Positions 25,962 through 38,300 of a stretch of 64,000 nucleotides of DNA are shown in pieces. Both the position numbers and the translations under genes were made by a program. The first letter of the stretch is position 1, and each line of letters opens with the position of its first letter. Under the pieces are notes generated by a model. It searched no databases and was not told the origin of the DNA. It saw only the letters and a program-made list of their open reading frames with translations. The stretch is from Nemertoderma westbladi (lineage: Eukaryota; Animalia; Xenacoelomorpha): contig JAUCBJ010001560.1 in assembly GCA_032718475.1 (NCBI GenBank), forward strand, positions 19,108 to 83,107, given 5' to 3'.

Positions 25962-26194
25962 CTAATATTAACACAATTTAATGGCAATATGTATAACAGA
26001 ACACATTATATTTAAATCGGTAATAGTTAATTTAGCATACAATGTTAAATACACATTCGATGCAAATCCTACAGTAGTTTTAAATTGAAAATATATTTTT
26101 CAACGTGATCCTTCCGATCAAGGTGTATCATACTGTATGTGGATTACGGCTCAGCTGCAGAGGAATGAAGCGATGGTGCGTCATTCGAAACTAA

Positions 26195-26620
26195 TCATTC
26201 TAATCCAACAGGAGGAAGTGCCATTACAGGCGGTGTTCCATGTCCGGCCGCAGGAGGGCCTACTTCAGTCGGGGTACCATATCTTTCGGACGGGGTAGAA
26301 CCATATCCTTCGGACGGGGTACCGTATCTTTCGGACGGGGTTCCATATCCGGGCGCAGGAGGGTCTACCATTCCTGGTGTTCCATCGAACCCCGGTGGTC
26401 TAGGCGACACAGGAGGATTGTCGACTGGATTGGCACGACTTCTTCTTTTCCAACTCCTACTAATGCAAGCGCAAATGGCGACAATTCCAATAATAACCAA
26501 AACTCCAATGATAACCGCCGGTATTGCCATCATCACATAAAGTATACTGGAATGGGCGTCGTCCTCCCCCTTATCTTTATCTTCGTGTAAGTCGGGTAGT
26601 TCGGATATACCGGTATCCAT
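26195..26620 (-). CDS. Small single-pass membrane protein with a Pro/Gly/Tyr-rich repetitive tail; possibly a retrocopy or pseudogene
   Basis: Hydrophobic stretch ILYVMMAIPAVIIGVLVIIGIVAICACI, then basic SRSWKRRSR, then YGTPSE repeats. GC-richer than its flanks. First in-frame ATG at 26620. Confidence 0.6.
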   Translation of the reverse strand: MDTGISELPDLHEDKDKGEDDAHSSILYVMMAIPAVIIGVLVIIGIVAICACISRSWKRRSRANPVDNPPVSPRPPGFDGTPGMVDPPAPGYGTPSERYGTPSEGYGSTPSERYGTPTEVGPPAAGHGTPPVMALPPVGLE

Positions 26621-27027
26621 TATGATGAATATATTTGCTCTCACATTGTAATTCCATAGACCATTGTATTTGCAGCACCGTATTTACTTGAGTTGTAATG
26701 AATAGAAATATAATGACATACAGTAGCCTACATTATTAATTGGGACTATAACAAATAATTACAATGTAATTGATGTAGTAGCCTAGTTTATAGTACAGAT
26801 AACTATGGTCCACTAAAGGCGATCTACCACTAAGGCCATGCAGCCCTGCTGGACTGAATGCAGAATTTACAAAAACAAGATTTATAAAATGATAGTATGG
26901 GGAGCGTTCTAGAAATTAAGATAAGCTGCTATTCGATCAATGGTCATAATTGTAACCACGCTGTTAAGCAAGCTAACTAAATTTTATGATACTGTAGTCC
27001 TATAGCTAGTATTTTGAAACTGGTTTC

Positions 27028-28008
27028 ATCAGAATGGGTTCCGTAAAGGTCGTAGGACCATGGAGCCCATTTTGGCACTTAGAAGGATAATTGGAGATTT
27101 ATCAAAAAAAGAAAGACAGGCATCTATCTGGCTGCTAACTTTGTTGACTTCTTCAAGGCCTTTGATTCAGTCTCTCGCTTACGTATATTCAGCATACTTT
27201 CATTATATTGGATTCCTGATGAAACTATTGCAGCAATCAGATCAGTATACGATGGTTCGAGAACATTTGTGTCTACTGTTGATGGTGACACAGAACAATT
27301 TGAAATGTTATGAGGAGTCCCACAGGAAGAAACACTTGCGCCATTCTTGTTCATAATTGTGGTTGAATATGTTCTACGCATGTCCTTAGATCATCATAAT
27401 GATGATGGGGTGATGATAACTCAACCTACTGGCTCCAGAAGTCGAGGAAATCCTGTCAAGTGCCTAAATGATCTAGACTTTGCTGATGACTTATAGGAGT
27501 ACTCTCAGAATCACTAGAGGGAGCCCAACGGCTCCTCAGCTCATTAGAACAGGCTGCTTGGTATTTTTATTAACTCCAAAATACCAACGTTTTGACAGTT
27601 AACATTGAAAGTCCTCAGCAAGTCTCTGACCGGATGTGCATTAGCTCAAAGGATGGTGTGCTTGTGCATGTGGACGACTTCTGTTACCTGGAATCATGGA
27701 TCCGGAGGACAGGTGAGGACCTTCGCATAAGTAAGTGAAAGGCATGGGCAGCCTTGAATATGCTTTCCAAGATTTGAAAGTCAAATATAATTAATCGGAA
27801 ACTTAAGGTCCGATATTATTTAGAGCACCAGTAGTTCCAGTACTCCTCTATGGGAGTCCATGCTAGGCTCTAACTGCTGAGGACACCAAATCTCTGGATG
27901 GCAAATTCACAAGAATGCTACGCCGGGTTCACTGTGTCAATGCACAGCACACATATCCAACCAGACTCTATATAACATTGGAGGTGTCTCATTGGTTCCC
28001 CCAAGCTT
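27028..28008 (+). mobile_element. Degraded RTE LINE, truncated at both ends (copy 2)
   Basis: Colinear with 58852-59833 but with many substitutions, indels and stops; no TAG tail. Confidence 0.9.
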
Positions 28009-28720
28009 TATTTTCGCTACCAATCTTTATCTACTGTACAAGCGTTTAAAAGAGGTGTCTCCGTCCATATTGCATCAGTCGTGGTGCTGTTATTCCTATG
28101 TAAAATCATTTGAATTTGGTTTGGAAGTATTTGAGTTATAGGCATTTCAAAGTTGCATGGTTTTGCTTCCGCAGCCATTTATTATATTTACTATCGGTTG
28201 TCGCTAAAAATTCTTACCCACTAAGGAGGAGGGAGGTAAAATTACGTATCTCTGTTTCAAATTTAATAAAGATTTGTAGAAAAATTTGGGAGGGTGTCTT
28301 ACCCTCCCAACTTACTTCGCCCTGTTGTGTCGAAAGGACTAAGTAGTAGGCCCTATCTCGGTACAGGATTTTTTACTACAGTAGGCCTAGCTAGTAAAGT
28401 ATTTAAAATATTTAAAACGCCTGTTTTTAATAATGTTGCGTATGTATAGATAGATAGTCGTAAAATATGTATAGATCACATGTATTTAAAGTGATTTCAT
28501 AAAATTCCTCAAGGTGAGGCACTGGAGGCATGTTATAATATTATTCTACGATAAATTCTACGTCGAATGATTTCAAATTTAGCCATATTGTATTTTTTCC
28601 GGGTTTGTCTACTTTTGGGCCTAATTTGACTACACTATATTGAATTTGTAGCAGCAAACGTCGGCCTACACTAAGGCGTTCTAGTCCTAAACTATAGGCC
28701 TAGTATAGGACGCCTTGTCC

Positions 28721-29872
28721 GGTACTACTATGTTATGGGTACCCACTTTTTAAACAAATTTATTCATATGAAAATTGCTTTTATCATGAGGTTTTTTGTT
28801 CTAGAACAAGTATTTAACCTTCTGCCAGTACGATGGTAGCTAGTAATTTTGATTTTGTGTTATAGCTAGTACTTTTTATTAGCTAGTGAAAAAAATTATA
28901 ATGGAAAAATTGAAAAAAAATTTGACCAACTATTTTCTTGTAAAAATATATTTTATTTTGAAGTTTTTTATCTAGAACAAATATTTGACCTTCTGACAGT
29001 AAGAAGGTAGCTAGTACTATTAATTTTGTGTTAGCTAGTACTATTTATTAGCTAGTAAATGTAAGATATAGGCCTACTGGTAATTTAATTCTCAATTATA
29101 TATTTGCATGGAATAATTTATGAGTCATGGCAGCTAGTAATGTTTATTTGATAGTCAACGTAGCTAGTAATTATTCACTAGCTAGTTTTTTATACAAAAT
29201 ATAGACAGATGTAAAAATATAGTTTTTACATATTTTACTTATTTAGGCCTATTTTACTTATTTATTACTAGATTTATTTATCTTTTTATTAGTCATTTCT
29301 ACAGTAGAACATATTGATGATATGGAAATTGTCTAAATAAAAGGGGCACTACAAAATTTCTTTTCTAATTTTAAGATCACTATCTATCTACCTTTAAAAA
29401 CACTAGCTACTGTACCATAATAAAAAATAATAGCTAACCTCTCTCAGAAGGTGAAATAATTTATGTTCTAGAACAAAAAACCATCTTGATAATATCCATT
29501 AACATGGTCCAAAATATTATTTTGTAATTTTAAGATCTCTAGCTACTTTTAAAAACACTAGCTATTTTAATAAAAAATAATAGGTAACCTCTCTCAGAAG
29601 GTGAAATTTATGTTCTAGAACGAAAAACATCATGATAATATCCAATAATATGGTAAAAAAAATTGCTCAAAAATTTGGGGCCAAAAATTTGGTTTTGTAA
29701 TTTTAAAAACAGTAGCTACCTAAAAGAAATCACTAGCTACCATAAAAAAAACAATAGCTAACGTCTAACAGAAGATGACATTAATGTTATAAAACAAAAA
29801 ACCTCAAGATAATAGCCATTAACATTGTCAAATAAATGGTCAAAAAGTGGGTACCCATAACATAGTAGTACC
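28721..29872. mobile_element. Non-autonomous TIR element, Merlin-like termini
   Basis: 31-bp perfect TIR GGTACTACTATGTTATGGGTACCCACTTTTT, flanking duplication (C)CTTGTCC of 7-8 bp, and internal subrepeats rich in TAGCTAGT and TTCTAGAACA. Confidence 0.8.
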
Positions 29873-30889
29873 CTTGTCCTACACCTACGTACAGAACGCA
29901 GTGACACTCACTGCATTACTTGTTTTGTTTTGTTATCACTGTTTATATATTGTGTTACTATAGAATTATTTCGTAAAAGGAAATAAAACCAAATTTGAAA
30001 ATTGAACAAACCATTAATAAAAGCACCGCTTTTGATACAGGGCCGTTGGTCTATCTAATTATACCTACAGTATTCATACTGTTAGTAGGCCTATCCCTAC
30101 TGTAGGCCTAGGCCTAGATTTATATCTATAGGCCTAAGGAAGTCTTACTTAAGGAAGACTTACCAAAATCAAATGGCATAAAATAATTATATAATCAAAA
30201 TTTGGAAAACTAGCTATTTTTCACGGACTTCACTAAGTGTGGTTATTCATGGACTTCTAGAATGTTATTTATACCAGGACGGGAAACTAGGTAGCTATAA
30301 GCAAAATAAAAATACCAGTTGAGGCCTACTTATTAATTACTGCCAATAGTAATAATTGTAAACATAACATGATATACACGTTTTTAGTGATTATTATATA
30401 GGTCATATTAATTTTTATATTTTTGTAGGCCTGCATATACGACGTTTGCTTAAATCAATTATTATTGTTTGATCTTTTATACATTCCATATAAAATTGAT
30501 GAGTATTATTGACAACATGACATGTATTGCTGAAGTAAATTAGGAGAGAAAAAAAGCAACCATAATATCCGAATTCAATAATAATTAGCTATTTATTGTA
30601 TTTCCTCACATAGTGCAGCTACATAATAATGTGAGTGTGAGTGTGCGACATGACATTTATAGTTCAGTTATCAGTATTTACGATATAATGTACAGTGGGT
30701 ACTGTTTCGATAGGCGTATCTATACCTACCATGCCAAATTTTTACACTAGCTACTGTAGTTTTTGCTATTTGTTTCAAAAGTTCTAGAATATGTTAGCTA
30801 TTTAATTTAAAAAAACTTTGTTCTAGAACAAATATTTTTTGTTCTAGAACATTAACATCTGCCGATTCCAACACATTCTACTGTACTGT

Positions 30890-31191
30890 ACAACCTCGAA
30901 GGAGCACTAGTTAAGAGCACAGTGCGAAACTTCAAAGAATGCAGAAGCTGTTTCACCTCTCTTGCTGACTCTCATAATTGCTCTCCCCTTCAAATGTTCG
31001 ATGTTGAACAAGAAGACGTGCTAATATCCGGAGACGTGAGGGAATATGTCAATATTTTCAACTGCGGTGGATTACTCCACCCTAGCATTCAATCATTCTG
31101 CTTATGTCTCCATAGTTGGTTTGCATATACTATAACAAATGAATATAATTCCTTCAAGTATAAGGTGTTCATTCGTTCAGAGATGCCATAA
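30890..31191 (+). pseudogene. Remnant of a P-element/THAP9-like transposase C-terminus
   Basis: LVKSTVRNFKECRSCFTSL...FNCGGLLHPS resembles the CxxC...L...(R)GGL..PS motif of P-superfamily transposases. Confidence 0.4.
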
Positions 31192-31547
31192 TTCTAAGCA
31201 ACTATTTACTAATATACAGTGATTGAGGAGATCATCTTGCCACAAAAGAATCGGACAGATACGCCAGAGATCTGCCTAAAGGATTTAGTTGGTCGTTTCT
31301 AAAGCACTGTCACAAAGAATTTTACATTTATTATAGGAAGGGATCTTGGGGTCTTAACCTCGAATGATAAGTTTATTTTACCGAAAATAACTTATCTTTT
31401 ATTGGCGCAATTGTAGGACTAATCCCATCACATACACTTTTTAACCGGGTAGTGTACAAATTTAGGAATCGCGTAATTTTTTCTTGAAATTAATATCTCA
31501 TATCTCTCCAAACCACGTACGCGTTTCGACCATTACTGGGTCTCATC

Positions 31548-31618
31548 AGCGTGGTGTCGGATTCGAACCTGGGACCTCGAGGTGGAAGCCGAGACTACAA
31601 CCACTAGGCCACAGGTTC
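31548..31618 (-). other. tRNA-like Pol III element (pseudo-tRNA or SINE head)
   Basis: Minus strand: TGTGGCCTAGTGG (A box) TTGTAGTCTCGGCTTCCACCTCGAGGTCCCA GGTTCGAATCC (B box). The acceptor stem does not pair. Confidence 0.6.
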
Positions 31619-31625
31619 TTGAGAT

Positions 31626-34600
31626 ATACTTCACTTCCACTTGTAGGTACAGGGCATACTTCACTTCCACTTGTAGGTTCACAGCATACTTCCACTTGTA
31701 AGTTCAGGGCATACTTCACTTCCACTTGTAGGTTCACGGCTTACTTCCACTTGTAGGTTCAGGGCATACTTAACTTCCACTTGTAGGTTCAGGGCATACT
31801 TCACTTCCACTTGTAGGTACAGGGCATACTTCCACTTGTAGGTTCAGGGCATACTTCACTTCCACTTGTAGGTTCACGGCATACTTCCACTTGTAGGTTC
31901 AGGGCATACTTCCACTTGTAGGTTCAGGGCATACTTCCACTTGTAGGTTCACGGCATACTTCCACTTGTAGGTTCAGGGCATACTTCACTTCCACTTGTA
32001 GGTTCACGGCATACTTCCACTTGTAGGTTCAGGGCATACTTAACTTCCACTTGTAGGTTCAGGGCATACTTCCACTTGTAGGTTCACGGCATACTTCCAC
32101 TTGTAGGTTCACGGCATACTTCCACTTGTAGGTTCACGGCATACTTCCACTTGTAGGTTCAGGGCATACTTCCACTTGTAGGTTCAGGGCATACTTCCAC
32201 TTGTAGGTTCACGGCATACTTCCACTTGTAGGTTCAGGGCATACTTCACTTCCACTTGTAGATTCAGGGCATATTTCACTTCCACTTGTAGATTCAAGGC
32301 ATACTTCCACTTGTAGGTTCAGGGCATACTTCATTTCCACTTGTAGGTTCACGGCATACTTCCACTTGTAAGTTCACGGCATACTTCCACTTGTAGGTTC
32401 AGGGCATACTTCACTTCCACTTGTAGATTCAGGGCATACTTCACTTCCACTTGTAGGTTCACGGCATACTTCCACTTGTAGGTTCAGGGCATACTTCCAC
32501 TTGTAGGTTCAGGGCATACTTCCACTTGTAGGTTCACGGCATACTTCCACTTGTAGGTTCAGGGCATACTTCACTTCCACTTGTAGATTCAGGGCATATT
32601 TCACTTCCACTTGTAGATTCAGGGCTTACTTTCACTTGTAGGTACAGGGCATACTTCCACTTGTAGGTTCAGGGCATACTTCACTTCCACTTGTAGGTTC
32701 ACAGCATACTTCCACTTGTAGGTTCAGGGCATACTTCACTTCCACTTGTAGATTCAGGGCATATTTCACTTCCACTTGTAGATTCAGGGCATACTTCCAC
32801 TTGTAGGTTCAGGGCATACTTCATTTCCACTTGTAGGTTCACGGCATACTTCCACTTGTAGGTTCAGGGCATACTTCCACTTGTAGGTTCAGGGCATACT
32901 TCCACTTGTAGGTTCAGGGCATACTTCCACTTGTAGGTTCAGGGCATACTTCCACTTGTAGGTTCAGGGCATACTTCCACTTGTAGGTTCACGGCATACT
33001 TCCACTTGTAGGTTCAGGGCATACTTCACTTCCACTTGTAGATTCAGGGCATATTTCACTTCCACTTGTAGATTCAGGGCTTACTTCCACTTGTAGGTTC
33101 AGGGCATACTTCACTTCCACTTGTAGGTTCACAGCATACTTCCACTTGTAGGTTCAGGGCATACTTCACTTCCACTTGTAGGTTCAGGGCATATTTCACT
33201 TCCACTTGTAGGTTCAGGGCATACTTCCACTTGTAGGTTCAGGGCATACTTCATTTCCACTTGTAGGTTCACGGCATACTTCCACTTGTAGGTTCAGGGC
33301 ATACTTCCACTTGTAGGTTCAGGGCATACTTCACTTCCACTTGTAGGTTCAGGGCATACTTCACTTCCACTTGTAGATTCAGGGCATATTCACTTCCACT
33401 TGTAGGTTCAGGGCATACTTCCACTTGTAGGTTCAGGGCATACTTCATTCCACTTGTAGGTTCAGGGCATACTTCCACTTGTAGGTTCAGGGCATACTTC
33501 CACTTGTAGGTTCAGGGCATACTTCACTTCCACTTGTAGGTTCAGGGCATATTCACTTCCACTTGTAGGTTCAGGGCATACTTCCACTTGTAGGTTCAGG
33601 GCATACTTCCACTTGTAGGTTCAGGGCATACTTCACTTCCACTTGTAGGTTCAGGGCATATTTCACTTCCACTTGTAGGTTCAGGGCATACTTCCACTTG
33701 TAGGTTCAGGGCATACTTCACTTCCACTTGTAGGTTCACGGCATACTTCCACTTGTAGGTTCAGGGCATACTTCCACTTGTAGGTTCAGGGCATACTTCA
33801 CTTCCACTTGTAGGTTCAGGGCATATTCACTTCCACTTGTAGGTTCAGGGCATACTTCCACTTGTAGGTTCAGGGCATACTTCCACTTGTAGGTTCAGGG
33901 CATACTTCCACTTGTAGGTTCAGGGCATACTTCACTTCCACTTGTAGGTTCAGGGCATATTTCACTTCCACTTGTAGGTTCAGGGCATACTTCCACTTGT
34001 AGGTTCAGGGCATACTTCACTTCCACTTGTAGGTTCACGGCATACTTCCACTTGTAGGTTCAGGGCATACTTCCACTTGTAGGTTCAGGGCATACTTCCA
34101 CTTGTAGGTTCAGGGCATACTTCCACTTGTAGGTTCAGGGCATACTTCCACTTGTAGGTTCAGGGCATACTTCCACTTGTAGGTTCAGGGCATACTTCCA
34201 CTTGTAGGTTCAGGGCATACTTCCACTTGTAGGTTCAGGGCATACTTCCACTTGTAGGTTCAGGGCATACTTCCACTTGTAGGTTCAGGGCATACTTCAC
34301 TTCCACTTGTAGGTTCAGGGCATCACTTCCACTTGTAGGTTCAGGGCATACTTCCACTTGTAGGTTCAGGGCATCTTCACTTCCACTTGTAGGTTCAGGG
34401 CATACTTCCACTTGTAGGTTCAGGGCATACTTCCACTTGTAGGTTCAGGGCATACTTCACTTCCACTTGTAGGTTCAGGGCATACTTCCACTTGTAGGTT
34501 CAGGGCATACTTCCACTTGTAGGTTCAGGGCATACTTCACTTCCACTTGTAGGTTCAGGGCATACTTCACTTCCACTTGTAGGTTCAGGGCATACTTCCA

Positions 34601-35236
34601 CTTGTAGGTTCAGGGCATACTTCCACTTGTAGGTTCAGGGCATACTTCACTTCCACTTGTAGGTTCAGGGCATACTTCCACTTGTAGGTTCAGGGCATAC
34701 TTCACTTCCACTTGTAGGTTCAGGGCATACTTCACTTCCACTTGTAGGTTCACAGCATACTTCCACTTGTAGGTTCAGGGCATACTTCCACTTGTAGGTT
34801 CAGGGCATACTTCACTTCCACTTGTAGGTTCAGGGCATTTCACTTCCACTTGTAGGTTCAGGGCATACTTCCACTTGTAGGTTCAGGGCATACTTCACTT
34901 CCACTTGTAGGTTCAGGGCATACTTCCACTTGTAGGTTCAGGGCATACTTCACTTCCACTTGTAGATTCAGGGCATTTTTCACTTCCACTTGTAGATTCA
35001 GGGCATACTTCCACTTGTAGGTTCAGGGCATACTTCACTTCCACTTGTAGGTTCACGGCATACTTCCACTTGTAGGTTCAGGGCATACTTCACTTCCACT
35101 TGTAGATTCAGGGCATTTTTCACTTCCACTTGTAGATTCAGGGCATACTTCCACTTGTAGGTTCAGGGCATACTTCACTTCCACTTGTAGGTTCACGGCA
35201 TACTTCCACTTGTAGGTTCAGGGCATACTTCCACTT
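31626..35236. repeat. 25/30-bp minisatellite, ~3.6 kb
   Basis: Interspersed units CATACTTCCACTTGTAGGTTCAGGG (25 bp) and CATACTTCACTTCCACTTGTAGGTTCAGGG (30 bp). Confidence 0.97.
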
Positions 35237-35238
35237 AT

Positions 35239-36190
35239 ACTAGAAAGCCAGCAAGCTGGCTTTAAACGAACCTGCCCCTCAAACCAGTACTCTGAGTGAG
35301 TGAAAATGAAAACTCGAAAATTGCCATCAATTCAACGATAGAAACACCAGCTGCTGCGCTGCTGGTACTCATGTGGGCCAAGTAAGCTACTACTATTTAT
35401 TGAATGGATAGCCCAAACTGCAGATAAGTATATTACTTGCCAAATTTATTACTATCTCACTCTAACCCAGACAGTAATCAAATATCAACTGTTATTTTGT
35501 ATAATGTATTACCCCGTAAGCTGAATTCCCAGTGAAACCTATGGGAATATCTTTGTAAGCACCGGGCCGTTCAAATGTTTTTTAGGTTGATAGGTTGATG
35601 ATAAAGAATGAGGAGGAACCCAACTAACACTACGTTTGTCTATGGACGCTCTCCTTATAGCCAGCGTGCTGGCTTTTCTAGTTGAATAATATTATTCTGC
35701 AACCAAATAATTTACTCTTTTAGACGAATTAGTGCGTTTTTTGCCGGACTAACAAATTTTGGCGACGTTCTGTACGAGATTGGCGATATTTGAAAAGATT
35801 CTGAGGCTCAAATATGTTGTTCAAATGACTGAATAGCCCAAATAAAAAAGTTGGTGCATACTCGACGAGTTGAAATCGGTAAAATTCGACATTAAATTTT
35901 CAAAACCTGCTATTTTTCAGTGATCCCGTGATCGAAACCCCACAAAAAATATACAGTCTTGTGCGCAACCAAAATCTATGTAGAGTTTGTTATTAAAATT
36001 TTTGCGTACCTGCTTGAATTTTTGAGATATTGGATGGTTATACACACATACACAGATAACCACATCGTGTTTTTGAACGGCTCAACTCTTGACAAAAACT
36101 ACCCTGGCCTATTAATAGGCAGGTTCGTTATTTTGAACGGCTCAACTCTTGACAAAAACTACCCTGGCATATTAATAGGCAGGTTCGTTA
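35239..36190 (-). mobile_element. Helentron/HINE-like non-autonomous rolling-circle element (copy 1)
   Basis: Subterminal inverted repeat AACGAACCTGCC / GGCAGGTTCGTT, terminal hairpin GCCAGC-AA-GCTGGC next to CTAGT, and a short CA microsatellite. Matches 44159-45049. The last 60 bp are tandemly duplicated. Confidence 0.7.
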
Positions 36191-36780
36191 TGAATTTATT
36201 TTAGAAGATATATTAATTCGCCGGGATGGCATTTACTTAACTTTTGTTTAGGACGGATCCGATACTTTATAAAGCTTCATTTCTATTTATTAAAATTATA
36301 GATAAAACTCAATAGGATAACTGTTGGTCTACGTATGATATATTTCGCAAATATTATTTTATTATAAATCTTAATGATACAATACAAAGATTAAATAACT
36401 CACCATTACCAATAAATTACACTAGCTAAAAAACTTGCTCCAACATTTCTCAGAGTAAATAATATGTGACTATACTGTGACTGTTATTTATAATATGTGA
36501 CTATAATGTGACTGTGACTACTGTACGTGTGTAACAAATAATGCACTGACTGTATAGTTTAGAGTTAACTAATAAATGAACTCCTAACTAAAACAATTAA
36601 ATTGACAATTATATATATCACTTTTAGCTTCGTTTAATGGCGCGTTATTTAAAACTATATTTCATGTAAAAAAAAATTAAATTATAGCAAACTTTCATGC
36701 ACGATCACCTAATTATATAATAATTATAAGTTAAATTGTAGCTCCTTTTCAGCTTGAATAAATTGCTAAATTACCAAAGT

Positions 36781-37843
36781 CCATTTTTAAAATTAGGCAA
36801 CAGCTTATTTTTGGCCATAACTTCGCGAGTTTTGATCGTTGGGGGGTGTATATGATTTTATTATGTTTTCTCAACCAAAAACGTTGTGAAAAAACACTAT
36901 TTTTAAAAATTGTGTTTCAACATTCGACATTTTGCACTCTAATAGAGCAATAATTGGTGGTTTTAAAAATATATGGGTTTAGATGTTTTGATTTAGCGGC
37001 ATCGCAATAATAAGTCTCAAATTCATCCTAATCGTTGTTTTTCTTAAATTTATCGGAATCGTGTAAATATACAACTCAGTTAAAATCGTTAAATAAACGA
37101 ATTGCCTTTCAACAATATGGTTAGATATGGTGGAAAGTTTCCATAGCAACAGACAAACTACAGAATTAATTGTTGATCTGCCTCTTAGGTTGCATTGTTT
37201 TGGGATGTTTGAACGAACATAGAGTAGATAAAGATACCGGACAGTTGTAAATAGTAATAATACTGTGGCTGTAAAGGAACTAAATGCCAAGTTATTAAAA
37301 TAACGCGATAAGAAAACGAAAAAAACTTTTTGTAATAATATCTGTTAACGCACTCATTATAATGACGTCGATAAAAAAGTATCTCCAACCATAATTGGCC
37401 CGTCTGCTGCCACTAATGCAATAGGTTTCCTTGGAAATGTTGAAAATAAATATCTGTTATAATTATACAACGTCTTACTAAATAAATATTAAACAATTCA
37501 TTCCTATATAATAATTACAGAAAAACAACGAATTTTATACACTTTAGACGTAATTATTGCAATGCTGCGAAATAAAAACTCTTAAACCAATATATTTTTG
37601 AAATCAGCAATTACTGATCTATTGGAGTGCAAAATCGCGAATGTTGGAACACAATTTTTAAAAAGATGCATTTTTTGACAGCGTTTTTTAATGAGAAAAC
37701 ATAATAAAATCCTAAAATTTGAAATGGATTTGAATAAAATGGTTATTATTCCGAACAGAATGATCCCAAAGTCACCTCACTATACGATTAAAACTCGCGA
37801 AGTTATGGCAAAAAATAAGCTGCTGCCTAATTTTAAAAAATGG
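36781..37843. mobile_element. Old long-TIR (foldback) element
   Basis: 36781-36838 is an inverted match to 37785-37843, and 36901-36945 to 37620-37665. The true ends probably lie further out. Confidence 0.6.
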
Positions 37844-38300
37844 TCTTTAAATTTAAATTGCCATTTAACTTTTGCACATAAAAATAAAAGTCTAAACAAT
37901 ACCTCAGTTCATTCAATAATATTTTAAACGACCACGAAATGTTTCTAAATATGCGCGCTTTGTCGAGGTTAGCACAAAATTGTTAAGAAAATGCTATATA
38001 AATAAATATTATCTCGTAGATATGATTAAATAGCATATTCTATGTAGAATAATATAGGCCTGGAGTAAACAGTTTTAAACTAAATTATTATACACCAATT
38101 AAAAATTAAGAACCATAAAGGAAAATTAAGTCCCTTTACTTGTTGGAATTAAGATTGATATGCAAAGTGCTATGTGAATAATTTTGGAAATAAACTACTG
38201 TAGGTTGGAAGTTATTCTACAAACATCAAGTAGGCCTATATATGTATAACATCACAATAATATCAAACTTCCAAAATTATTCACAGGTATGGCTATGATG

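Noticed and set aside
31548-31618. Functional tRNA-Gly(TCC)
   Set aside because: A and B boxes are present but the acceptor and T stems do not pair properly; kept only as a tRNA-like element.
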